Assembly: GCA_045657265.1 (NCBI GenBank)
Contig: JAZOSU010000035.1
Span: 44 to 64,043, forward strand
Direction: 5' to 3'
Source: Eubacteriales bacterium
Lineage (GTDB): Bacteria > Bacillota > Clostridia > Oscillospirales > QAKW01
DNA length: 64,000 nucleotides
Shown here piece after piece: positions 52,101 through 60,251 of the stretch; position 1 is the stretch's first letter, and each line of letters opens with the position of its first letter. The notes beneath the pieces were generated by a model. It worked only from the letters and a program-made list of their open reading frames with translations. It searched no databases and was not told the origin of the DNA. The position numbers and the translations under genes were made by a program.

Positions 52101-55100
52101 ACTACGTTAGAAACGCCGTTGAAGAATTTACCCATTTCATCTGCTGAAGATGCTGTATAGTTGTTAGCTATCTGTGAATCTGATGTACAGTTACGAACAG
52201 ATGCACCAACTTTACCGTTAAAGCCGATAAGTGTATTGTTGCTGATGTCAAGTTTTAAATCAGCAGAATCAATAACATCATTCTCTTTAGTTGCTGTAAC
52301 CATAAAGTTGTAGTTTTTGCCTTCGTTGTTTACATAGTTATTTGTAAATGAGAATTCATTGATAAACTGTGGTTTAACCGGTATGAATTCTGCTCCGCCG
52401 AAGTCATAATTTACAAAGATATTGTTGTCAAAGATATATTTCTTTGAACCCTCGCCAATAGCTTCACCATCAGCGCCCTTAAGACTGTTGTAACCTTCAA
52501 AGTATGTTTGTGCTTTGTCGGTACCGCCTGTAAAGAATGAGTTTTTGAATGTAAGTGAGAACTCATTGTATACCTGCTGGAAGTATCTTGTAGCGTTTTC
52601 TGTATCCTCTTTAACAACGTTTTCCTGTTCGTAAACAGGGTTACCCTTGTCGTCTATTTTTTGTTCGCCTGTTTCTTCATCAATAACAGGAATAGGTTGG
52701 CCGTTTTCATCAAGCTTATTCTGTTTTTCAGTTTTGGTAAGATACTGTTCTGAGAAGTCAGCATAAAGACCGTCAAAGGTCATATCTGCCCAGCCCTGAT
52801 TTCTGAGGAATGTTCTTGAACCTTTACCAAGGTAGTAAGAATTTTCAATTGTAAGTGAATCACGGTTTTCTGTGTTTGCAATTCTTTTTGAATTTTTAAC
52901 AGTAAGGATGTATTCCGGTGCGCCTGTACCTTCAAAGTAAGAGTTTTTGATTACAAGGTCAATTTCACTTGTATCGTCTGAATGATAACGATCATCAAGA
53001 ACGTAACCTGCAATAGTAAATCCGTACAATTCGTATTTACCTGAAACAGGTGGAGCTTCTTCTTTCTGTTTATCTGTTTTATCGCTGCTCTTGAAAGTTA
53101 TGTTACCTGCTTTGATTGAGTTGTCAGGATTGAACTGGCCTTCGCCTGTGCCTATGTTGGATACCCAACCGTTACCTTCGCCATCACCCTTAATGTAAGG
53201 ATTTGTAGCGTAGTTAGGTGTGAAGTATTTACCCGGTCTGCGAAGAATATATTCAGATTGTTTACCACCGTAGTAGTCACCGATATACTGACCCCATTCA
53301 CTTGCACCGATGAGGTATTCGTCCTTGCCTTTATTGTAAGCATTTTCAACTGTACCGAAGAGGTTTGTATTGTAAACAGCAATATACTGCTGACCATTCC
53401 AGGTCATTGCTTTATAATCACCGCTACTGAGTGTTTTTCCGCCTTCGATAAATTTACCGTAGTAACCCGATGCAGCTTCGTATGTTATGTCACCGTCGAT
53501 AAATGCAGCATTTGAAGGATCTATAAGACCTGCTTCGTCTACAAAACCACCTGAAAGATGAGGAATATCTTCAAGAGTTGTTTTTGCTGAAGGATGTGTA
53601 GGTACGTTAAGACCTTTATCATTACGAGCGTATGTTGATGCTGCGTAACCTGTAATTGTATTAGGAAGCACTGTTACATTCATTGTGATTATAATATCAC
53701 CCATTGTAACTTTAGCTTTGTAGTTTTTACCTGTACCTACAGATTCTTTTGTAACAGTCGCTGCATCAAGGGCTGAACCGTCTATATTTGCCCAAGTAAG
53801 AACTGCATCATCGCTTAATGTTTCTACGTCAGCAAGAGTTTTACCTGTTGAGAGATAGATTGTAGCTTTTAAACCGTCTTTGTAGAAACCACCGCCGGGT
53901 ACTGTAAATTTAAGAGCAGATACATACTGCTTAGAAAGTACAGCTTTCTCATAATCAAGATAATAATCTTCTGAATACAAGTTAGCTTTCTGTGGTGAAT
54001 TATTTGTTACTGTGAAATCTTCACCTGTAGCTGTTACGCCGTCAGCAGGGTCGTCACGTGTTGATGTAAGGAAGTTGTAACCAACTTCTGATTTTGCTTT
54101 GTCGTGATAACGGTTGATACCGATTGAATCTTTGATACCGATAAGAGTGTTGTCCTTAACTGACACTATGATATCAGGATGTGTATCGCCCGTGGTATCA
54201 CTTGCGTTAAGTAACGGGGTATTTGCTTTTCTTGAATAAATTTTATTTCCGTCGAAAACAAATTTATTAAAGTTACCAAGGTGGAAGTCACCAAAAGTAT
54301 CCTCAGTGTAAAGTGAGAAATTATAGAAGATATTGTCAGAAATGTTAAGAACTCTGCTTTCCGGTTTATCTCTATAATCTGCACCTTTACCGTAACGTCC
54401 TCTGATATAAAGAGGCATTACGCCGTTTCTGAAGTTAGAGTTTTTAATTGTAAATGAATATTCAGCACCGAGCTGATGGAGATAAGCAGCATGCGTACTT
54501 GTATATGTTCCTGTAAAGTCTGCAAATACACCGTCAAAGGTAATATGTTTTGCAGGATACTCATCACCGTGGAATATACCTCTGTAAGATGCTGATTTAT
54601 CTGATTTAGTTGTTAATTCAAGATATGAATCTTTGAATGTCAAACTATCATTATAAGCATCTGCGCCAGCAACAGAGTCGTATTCTCCGCTTGCGATAAA
54701 TGCTTCTGTTGTAGGTTTAAGATATGAATTAATTAACGAAAGATTGATTGGTTTATCGGATTTTCTTGTAGTTTGACTTGTACTGCACATTTCAATTGTA
54801 AGTGCAAAAGCAAATCCGTAAAGTTCAAAATCGCCGCCTCTGTGTGCTGTACCAAAGCCAACGTATTTACCTGTAATACCGTCTGCTGTGTTGAATGAAT
54901 CAGCATTGTCTGTATTTATGTTTGATTTCCACTCGAGACCGAATGGGTCTGTAGCAGCGTCTGATTTTGTATAAGGTTTTTTGTTATAGTTTCTTGTAAA
55001 GTACTTACCTGGCATTCTCGGTTGAAATGTAGCCGGAGTATCGCCTTTTGTACCGCCTATATCAAGAATAAGATAATGTGCGTCTGTAATATCGTTTGTA

Positions 55101-57028
55101 TTTGTATATGTCGTAGCATCGTCAAGGGTTTTGAACGCATTGACACCTTTTACAAATGTATAAGATTTACCGTTCCATTCAGCTGTAATTGTTGAAAGGT
55201 TTGCTTGGGTAAATGCATTTGAAACGATAATTGCTTTTTTAGCGTCGATAAGCTCTGCTTCATCCACGAATGAATTTGCAAAGTGTGTACCGTCATCAGC
55301 TGCAACAGTTACTGTGTAATCTGCTGAACATGTTGTACCGCCGATTTCAGCAGATGCAGTTACTGTGTATGTACCTGATGTGATGTCAGAAGCAGCAACA
55401 GTTGCACCTGTTGAATCTTTCCAGGTAAGTGTTTTGCCTGCAAACGCAACGTCAGCAGCAGAACCACCGTTTGCGATATACGCATTAACTTTAAAGCCAT
55501 TAGCATAAGCAAGACCGTTTGCAACAGTTATGTCTGAAGCTTTAACAAACTGTGAAACTTTAATTGACATACCTTCATCGAGATACCAGTCAGAAGCTGT
55601 TACTTTTGATGTATCTTTGCTTGATTTAAGTACGTACTGTTTGCCATCTGTATAGTTATCATAAATCTCATTGCCAAAACCTGTTGATGTAGCAACAGTT
55701 GCATTAAGGGTATCAGGAAGTGTTGTTCCCTTTGCATAGTTATTATATACTCTGAGACTGATTCTTTCAGCATAAGTTGTTCCGGCGATGAAAGGCTTTG
55801 CAGTATCCATAATTACACGGTTTCCTGTAATTATTGTTTTTGAGTAATAGTTATTTGCCACATAAAATGCAGAATTTTTGTTGTATGTACCAGCATTATG
55901 GAACGTATTATTTTCAAAACTAAGAACTCTCAGATCTTCATTTGTTTTATAGCCTGAAACACTTTTATCATTTGCACCGATATACCAGTTCTTTTTTTCA
56001 TAACCCTGTGGAATAAGATCAAGGCCAATGTTCTGAAGGTTCATATTCTTAAATACGCCTTTAGTATTAATTCCTGAACCAAGGCGATCCTGTTTGAAGG
56101 AAGTATTATTATCTGCGTTACCGCTCATTGTTTTGCTTGTCATATAAAGACCGTCAACAATAAAGTTTGATACGCAGTATCCAGTAAAAAGATATTGTGC
56201 TGAACCTGTAATATAGGTGTTTTTCATCAAGAATGTTCTGCCTTCAGATGCTGATTTATTAGCATATGAAGCCATTGCAACAGCAGGTTTTGAACTTGAA
56301 AGCTTATAGCGTGAGTTATAAACTGTAACATCAACAGGAACTGATATAGTATTAAGGTTTATTACTATATTTCCTGAATAAGTAAAACCGTAAAGTTCTA
56401 CTGCGCCTGCATGAGCGTTTTCTATTACATCTACATCGAGTACACCGATATCTGCGGTTTTTGCAGTAAATTCAGCGTTTTCTGACCAGTCAGAACCGTC
56501 AAATGCTGTGCCTGTAACGAAAGGCATTGTGTTATATGCCTCTGTGTACATTTTAACTCTTGTAAATATTTTAGCTGTTTCAGCTGTTACATTTGATTTA
56601 ACAAGAATTGTAGGAGTTTCAACCCATTCTTCATCAACCATAACCTTTGCTAATGCTAAAGCATCCTCAATTGTTGTTGCGAGGTTATAACCAATTTCAA
56701 ACCACGAATATGATTCCGGTTCAGGATCGTCCGGAGTTGGTTCCGGTGTCCACATAGGACCATATTCCTGTCCGTTCCAGTTGAGGATATATTCTTCGTC
56801 CTCTTTTGCATCAGCATCTACAACGATGGTGTTCTCGTCGATTACCGGCGCAGCAACATCTGTTGTAGGATTGGCACCGGTAAGTTCAGCTGCGTTGTTT
56901 ACAACGGGCTCTGCCACGTCACCGGTTGCATCTGTCACTGTCTGGGCGCTTGCAAATGATGTAGCCATCATTGAAAGAACCATTACAAGACAGATAAGAA
57001 CAGATAACAATCTTTTGCTTGTGTTCAT
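49184..57028 (-). CDS. Giant secreted protein (2,614 aa) with four beta-helix-like modules and a non-SLH C-terminal domain; paralogue D
   Basis: Signal peptide MNTSKRLLSVLICLVMVLSMMATSFASA. Module markers 'KMYTEAYNTMPFVTG', 'KYFTRNYNKKPYTK', 'KYFTPNYATNPYIKG' and 'AYYTENYNIVPYVV'. Motifs 'TIKNSNFRNG', 'ISDNIFYNF', 'TIKNSNLANF' and 'EDNVLIGF'. The C-terminal ~320 aa are collinear with paralogue C. Confidence 0.9.
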   Translation of the reverse strand: MNTSKRLLSVLICLVMVLSMMATSFASAQTVTDATGDVAEPVVNNAAELTGANPTTDVAAPVIDENTIVVDADAKEDEEYILNWNGQEYGPMWTPEPTPDDPEPESYSWFEIGYNLATTIEDALALAKVMVDEEWVETPTILVKSNVTAETAKIFTRVKMYTEAYNTMPFVTGTAFDGSDWSENAEFTAKTADIGVLDVDVIENAHAGAVELYGFTYSGNIVINLNTISVPVDVTVYNSRYKLSSSKPAVAMASYANKSASEGRTFLMKNTYITGSAQYLFTGYCVSNFIVDGLYMTSKTMSGNADNNTSFKQDRLGSGINTKGVFKNMNLQNIGLDLIPQGYEKKNWYIGANDKSVSGYKTNEDLRVLSFENNTFHNAGTYNKNSAFYVANNYYSKTIITGNRVIMDTAKPFIAGTTYAERISLRVYNNYAKGTTLPDTLNATVATSTGFGNEIYDNYTDGKQYVLKSSKDTSKVTASDWYLDEGMSIKVSQFVKASDITVANGLAYANGFKVNAYIANGGSAADVAFAGKTLTWKDSTGATVAASDITSGTYTVTASAEIGGTTCSADYTVTVAADDGTHFANSFVDEAELIDAKKAIIVSNAFTQANLSTITAEWNGKSYTFVKGVNAFKTLDDATTYTNTNDITDAHYLILDIGGTKGDTPATFQPRMPGKYFTRNYNKKPYTKSDAATDPFGLEWKSNINTDNADSFNTADGITGKYVGFGTAHRGGDFELYGFAFALTIEMCSTSQTTRKSDKPINLSLINSYLKPTTEAFIASGEYDSVAGADAYNDSLTFKDSYLELTTKSDKSASYRGIFHGDEYPAKHITFDGVFADFTGTYTSTHAAYLHQLGAEYSFTIKNSNFRNGVMPLYIRGRYGKGADYRDKPESRVLNISDNIFYNFSLYTEDTFGDFHLGNFNKFVFDGNKIYSRKANTPLLNASDTTGDTHPDIIVSVKDNTLIGIKDSIGINRYHDKAKSEVGYNFLTSTRDDPADGVTATGEDFTVTNNSPQKANLYSEDYYLDYEKAVLSKQYVSALKFTVPGGGFYKDGLKATIYLSTGKTLADVETLSDDAVLTWANIDGSALDAATVTKESVGTGKNYKAKVTMGDIIITMNVTVLPNTITGYAASTYARNDKGLNVPTHPSAKTTLEDIPHLSGGFVDEAGLIDPSNAAFIDGDITYEAASGYYGKFIEGGKTLSSGDYKAMTWNGQQYIAVYNTNLFGTVENAYNKGKDEYLIGASEWGQYIGDYYGGKQSEYILRRPGKYFTPNYATNPYIKGDGEGNGWVSNIGTGEGQFNPDNSIKAGNITFKSSDKTDKQKEEAPPVSGKYELYGFTIAGYVLDDRYHSDDTSEIDLVIKNSYFEGTGAPEYILTVKNSKRIANTENRDSLTIENSYYLGKGSRTFLRNQGWADMTFDGLYADFSEQYLTKTEKQNKLDENGQPIPVIDEETGEQKIDDKGNPVYEQENVVKEDTENATRYFQQVYNEFSLTFKNSFFTGGTDKAQTYFEGYNSLKGADGEAIGEGSKKYIFDNNIFVNYDFGGAEFIPVKPQFINEFSFTNNYVNNEGKNYNFMVTATKENDVIDSADLKLDISNNTLIGFNGKVGASVRNCTSDSQIANNYTASSADEMGKFFNGVSNVVGGDYYLDPAKEILASDLTIKEWSGAELSVVGNKFTAVYTAPKFDESNIVYNTDKDVTTTWYVDKALTEEVEDINAVSGTVYLKLSATNSEGFEVYNVYDVVIIVETDNMFVDVYEAPATDAIKTKIDASKAFLVDFGSNGAGYGSLYTTTWQGVEYDFLKGINVFATIAELNTYLATANVEFPHILLKTISSDATGEPDINDYGTKGIREWQIKYHGAYYTENYNIVPYVVAQDGTWSVNPAYELANGIVARWIKPTPNMAYGTIELYGFAVTGAFQNSCGKGDALGAVDMYIENGYAADPTNHKTEEYPFHSHSDYARTTGGEAVGSLYVKNSYVEANDQKRALVYPSDTAANLTLDGIFLDGKGLDDSDWDDDTNDTDKNVEAGVTFDEKPATHMHLLNSTITIKNSNLANFKQAMTFAVISGETDTTASKHAIVLENNIMRNVWFGQDAFIEIDGQYTDVSLVNNTIVNDINSELIKVVPHADYDDLDEDGFVREDEVFEEDATSATPLKITVEDNVLIGFENIHVTDRALDSASSLDNNMTALVDMGGKVLTFISGETVIKDANFRVDIEDTMAGNVVHAMTVNGEAFDEDGAVANVEVKYTETEIDLNKYLVNKYNVVEFYADAEMTQAIEDVTAIALDTAAIYLKVMAADGESDVQTRTIKFVVGEMPTPEIEKVSATLYNDISMNFKTLGTELYKDVYAVFEVCGKTYKVTEGTVDGDYIVYSFDGLAPHRMKDVIKATIYATVDEVADTSIATYETSMADYLYQIKETITDNETLTKLVVDTLNYGAAAQQYRGYNVENLANAGLTDAEKVIADVETEDNLNKEFMYVDEADKQTEWKSIGLYLDEAIDIKLGFDITDKDAATLSDLSLEVYDDYGYEEVLTDCFVYRDGKFQIYFDDFNVSQVDDVFYFTLMNGDTYVSDTVAYSVESYANKAITLGNENLQNIAKALMNYGRSARAYSESL

Positions 57029-57433
57029 ATTTTTTCCCTCTTTTCAAAAAATTTTTTTGTTAAGAATTATAGGCATCGCTGCCTGAGTTTGAATTCTATA
57101 CAGTTTAATTATATAGGGAGAACAGCCCAAAGCACAGTCTGTATATTTATACAGGTGTATGCAAAAATACTCAACTTTTGTCAATATTATACACATAAAG
57201 ACAAGTATTTGTTTTTTAAAGATAAACTAATTGTAATATTGCACAAATATTTCAACAAATGTTTGTATGCTATTGATATATACGTGCAAAAACTTTAGCG
57301 TAGTGATGTAGCAGAGTTATTAAGACACAATATATAGTTTCAGTCCTTAGCATACGACTATTTATGAGATAAAATAGCAGTTCTGTTGTTTCAAAAGGTA
57401 GTGAAATAAAAGATTCCTTATTTACTATGAGTC

Positions 57434-57518
57434 AAGGGGAGAAGTACAAAACCATAAGTTCCTCTTATGCAAAGGGGAGCTGTCGAGCATCAGCGAGACT
57501 GAGGGGTTGCCCTAAGGG
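57434..57518 (+). repeat. Left copy of an ~85-bp direct repeat; contains the reverse-orientation REP-like core
   Basis: CAAGGGGAGAAGTACAAAACCATAAG..CTTATGCAAAGGGGAGCTGTCGAGCATCAGCGAGACTGAGGGG recurs almost identically at 58033-58119. The 3' end of the DUF559 ORF lies inside it. Confidence 0.8.
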
Positions 57519-57885
57519 TTGTTCTTTTTTCGTTCATTCTGCTTTTGACTTCATTGTCTAAAAATTCACAAACGCCATCAAAGTTACGCATTATCTGATT
57601 ATTAGGTATACGAATGACATCTACTCCAAATTTTTCAAGTTCCGCTGTACGCCTGATATCTTTTTTCATAAATACATCCTCATAATGTTGAGAACCGTCA
57701 AGTTCTATTACCAGTTTTGCATCTGAACAATAAAAATCTGCAACATAATTCCCAAAAGGCTGTTGCCGACGAAATCTGACAGGATATCTTCTCAAAAAAC
57801 AATACCACAGTTTATTTTCTTCTTTAGTCATATTTTTTCTGAGGTTCCTCGCTATCTGTGTTATCGTTTTATTGTATTTCTTCAT
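57490..57885 (-). CDS. DUF559 (Vsr-like endonuclease fold) domain protein
   Basis: 'AR.LRKNMT.EE..LW..LRR...RFRRQ.P.G.Y.ADFYC...KLVIELDGSQH' is the DUF559 signature. Start taken at MKKYNK (57885). The last residues are encoded by the flanking repeat. Confidence 0.8.
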   Translation of the reverse strand: MKKYNKTITQIARNLRKNMTKEENKLWYCFLRRYPVRFRRQQPFGNYVADFYCSDAKLVIELDGSQHYEDVFMKKDIRRTAELEKFGVDVIRIPNNQIMRNFDGVCEFLDNEVKSRMNEKRTTLRATPQSR

Positions 57886-57947
57886 AAATGCCACCCCTTT
57901 TACATATTTTATCACAAATATTGTTTTTTTACATCTTTTATTTTCAA

Positions 57948-58119
57948 CCCCTCAGTCACCTATGGTGACAGCTCCCCTTTATTCCAAATAAGGGGAGCCA
58001 AGGGAGAAGTACAAATCAAGGCTCCTCTTATGCCAAGGGAGAAGTACAAAACCATAAGCTCCCCTTATGCAAAGGGGAGCTGTCGAGCATCAGCGAGACT
58101 GAGAGGCTTTCCTAAGTGG
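57948..58119 (+). repeat. Composite repeat block: forward REP-like core with hairpin, a ~35-bp sub-repeat x2, and the right copy of the 85-bp direct repeat
   Basis: CCCCTCAGTC (57948-57), N9, GACAGCTCCCC (57967-77). Hairpin GCTCCCCTT/AAGGGGAGC (57971-57998). GGGAGAAGTACAAA occurs at 58003 and 58037. The 85-bp copy spans 58033-58119. Confidence 0.8.
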
Positions 58120-58177
58120 AGCCAGGTGGGGTGCAAACAAAAAAGTTCCCCTTTCGGCAAGAGGAACTTTCATTTTA

Positions 58178-58610
58178 TTATATTTTAAGGAATTCTTTAA
58201 AGTCTTTGATATAGTTTGCGGCAGTTGAGCGGTTTGAGCTTTCAGCGAAGATACGAAGAAGGGGTTCTGTACCTGAAAATCTGCAAATAACAAAGCTATC
58301 GTCTTCAAAATACACTTTACAACCGTCTTCATAGCTTACTTTCTTGATTTTCACACCGAACTGGGGAAGTTTTTTCTGATTAAATACTATATCGTGAATA
58401 ACTTCTTTATATTCGGGTGCGAAATGGAGGTTATCCTCCACCATTACTGTACGCATAACAAACGGGGGTAGGAGCGGAACGATTAAAAAATCAGATTTTA
58501 ATTCCGCCTGCCGCAAGAACTTTTGCAACTCATTTAGCAGCACTATCTGACAAAAATCTACGGTCATAGCCGATTATTACAGGTTTATCGGTTTTGTTCT
58601 GCGACTGCAT
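58178..58610 (-). pseudogene. Degraded phosphoglucomutase/phosphomannomutase gene (nonsense mutation, frameshifts, large internal deletion)
   Basis: From the ATG at 58610: MQSQNKTDKPVIIGYDRRFLSDSAAK-TGA-VAKVLAAGGIKI-TGA (PGM domain I, with TGA where Trp is expected). Another frame carries '..APEYKEV..' and the C-terminal 'CRFSGTEPLLRIFAES' motif. Total is about 140 codons versus about 450-570 for an intact enzyme. Confidence 0.75.
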
Positions 58611-58727
58611 TATAACATATTATTTTTTGGGTTTTCTTACAATTTTGGTTTCTCATTTAATAATTTTGGTTGTTTTATTGCATTTTTTGATATAAAATGT
58701 ATAATAAAGTTAATCGAGATGAATTGA

Positions 58728-59145
58728 ATGAAGTACAAACGGATATCGCTTAGCGACTGTCTGACAATTGACGGATTTTTTCGTTCATTATTTTGAATAT
58801 ATGAAAGATTTTGTATTTCATGGAGAAAGCCATCCTTTCTGGGAGCTTATGTACTCGGACAGAAAAAATCTTATTACAACAGCAGGGAACAAGGAGTTTG
58901 AGCTGACGTCGGGGCATTTATTCATTCACAAGCCCGACGAGTTTCACACGGTACGTTGCGATGACGGCGCGGCAAAGCAGATGATACGTGAGCAGAGCTA
59001 CAATTTCACCGAAATTGCAGACAGGCTTTCCTTTAACACGTCGCAGTATTTCACAACGGTTTTCCGCCGAATTGCAGGTATGACACCTTCGGAATACGAA
59101 GATTCCGTTAAATCAAAATTTACAACAGGAACAGGTATATTATAA
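58728..59145 (+). pseudogene. AraC-family regulator remnant (frameshift in a T-run plus internal deletion)
   Basis: The ATG at 58728 gives MKYKRISLSDCLTIDGFF, then a stop. The +1 frame continues 'VHYFEYMKDFVFHGESHPFWELMY...' (cupin-type N-domain). That joins directly to a single HTH 'YNFTEIADRLSFNTSQYFTTVFRRIAGMTPSEY'. About 130 aa of a normal AraC protein are missing. Confidence 0.7.
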
Positions 59146-59651
59146 TGAATGAATTTGAATCTGATTTTTTAAACTCGGCAACGGTACGGTTTTTGTCAAT
59201 AATAAGACGGTTCGGTAAACCATCAGCTGATATTATGCTCAATTCTGACCTTTTGGAGCGAGGCAAAAACTACATTATGTCATGGCTTCGCGACGTTAAT
59301 CTGAAAGAAAGATTCCAAAACGAGCCTATAATGTTTTACTACAACATAGCTTGTTTTGCCTTTGATGCAGGAGTTGCTTATGCTGATGCCTGGCAAAAAG
59401 ACATAAGTCAGGTCAAAATCGGCGTTGTTGACACTCTCATTGCCTCACAGCCCGACATAAACGCTCTCGCAACAGACATTCTGGCGCTTGACGATGACGG
59501 AAAAGTAGTCTACAGACAGCTCAAAGACGATATGTTTTCCGAGTTTTTGAACATAATGGAGCCTTATTGGGAAAAAGAAGACCCGAGACCGTTTTTGTTT
59601 CAGGGATTACTTGCATTTTTCCAGAGCGGTATAAACTACAAAATGAATTAA
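59145..59651 (+). CDS. Hypothetical protein (168 aa)
   Basis: Intact ORF whose ATG overlaps the upstream stop (TAATG). No recognised motifs. Confidence 0.55.
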   Translation: MNEFESDFLNSATVRFLSIIRRFGKPSADIMLNSDLLERGKNYIMSWLRDVNLKERFQNEPIMFYYNIACFAFDAGVAYADAWQKDISQVKIGVVDTLIASQPDINALATDILALDDDGKVVYRQLKDDMFSEFLNIMEPYWEKEDPRPFLFQGLLAFFQSGINYKMN

Positions 59652-59685
59652 AAAAGCGGTGTACGACTGTACACCGTTTATTTTA
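59651..59685. terminator. Bidirectional terminator between convergent genes
   Basis: CGGTGTAC (59657-64), loop GACT, GTACACCG (59669-76), with an A-run before and TTTATTTT after. Confidence 0.55.
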
Positions 59686-60250
59686 TTATAGGTTGGATTT
59701 GTTTGCCCAAAAGCGCAGATTCTACCGTCTTTTCAAGCATTGACATATCTGCTATGCAGGATCTGGGTTTGCCGTTTGCATCATCCTGCGAAAAGGGTAC
59801 GAAATATACGTTTTTACAGTTGAGCAGATACCCTATATTTTTAGCGGAAGCAGACAGCGCATCGTTTGTTGCAAGGCAGATAACAAGGGGTTTATTGTTT
59901 CTCAGGTGTGCCTTTGCCGCCATTGTTACCGATGTATCTGTTATGCCCATGGCAAGTTTGGCAAGAGTATTTCCCGTACAGGGGGCAATTACCATTACGT
60001 CTGTCAGGTTTTTGGGGCCTATAGGCTCTGCCTGAGCTATTGTATGGATTACGTCTTTGCTACATATATCCGTTATGGTTTTAATAAAATCGGATGCTTT
60101 GCCGAATCTTGTATCGGTAGAATAAGCGTTTTGTGACATTATGGGTAATATCTCATAAGTTTCATTTAGTTTTTTAAGGCACTCCACCGCATTTTTCAGC
60201 GTACAAAAAGAACCGCACATAGCAAAGCCCAGAACTGTTTTTTCTTTCAT
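59678..60250 (-). CDS. spoVFB: Dipicolinate synthase subunit B (flavoprotein)
   Basis: 190 aa. 'GFAMCGSFCT', 'IMSQNAY.TDTRFG', 'IAPCTGNTLAKLA.GITD' and 'NDALSASAKNIG.LLN.KN.YFVPF.QDD' form the SpoVFB pattern. Confidence 0.9.
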   Translation of the reverse strand: MKEKTVLGFAMCGSFCTLKNAVECLKKLNETYEILPIMSQNAYSTDTRFGKASDFIKTITDICSKDVIHTIAQAEPIGPKNLTDVMVIAPCTGNTLAKLAMGITDTSVTMAAKAHLRNNKPLVICLATNDALSASAKNIGYLLNCKNVYFVPFSQDDANGKPRSCIADMSMLEKTVESALLGKQIQPIIK

Positions 60251-60251
60251 T

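Noticed and set aside
24886-57086. Dozens of 60-160-aa ORFs on either strand inside the four giant genes.
   Set aside because: All are nested in or antisense to uninterrupted 4.9-7.8-kb ORFs with signal peptides and conserved modules. Their translations are low-complexity and lack start signals.
57763-58332. ORFs of 141 aa (plus strand) and 80 aa (minus strand) across the DUF559 gene and repeat block.
   Set aside because: The first is antisense to the DUF559 coding sequence and then reads through repeats. The second is composed almost entirely of repeat and hairpin sequence.
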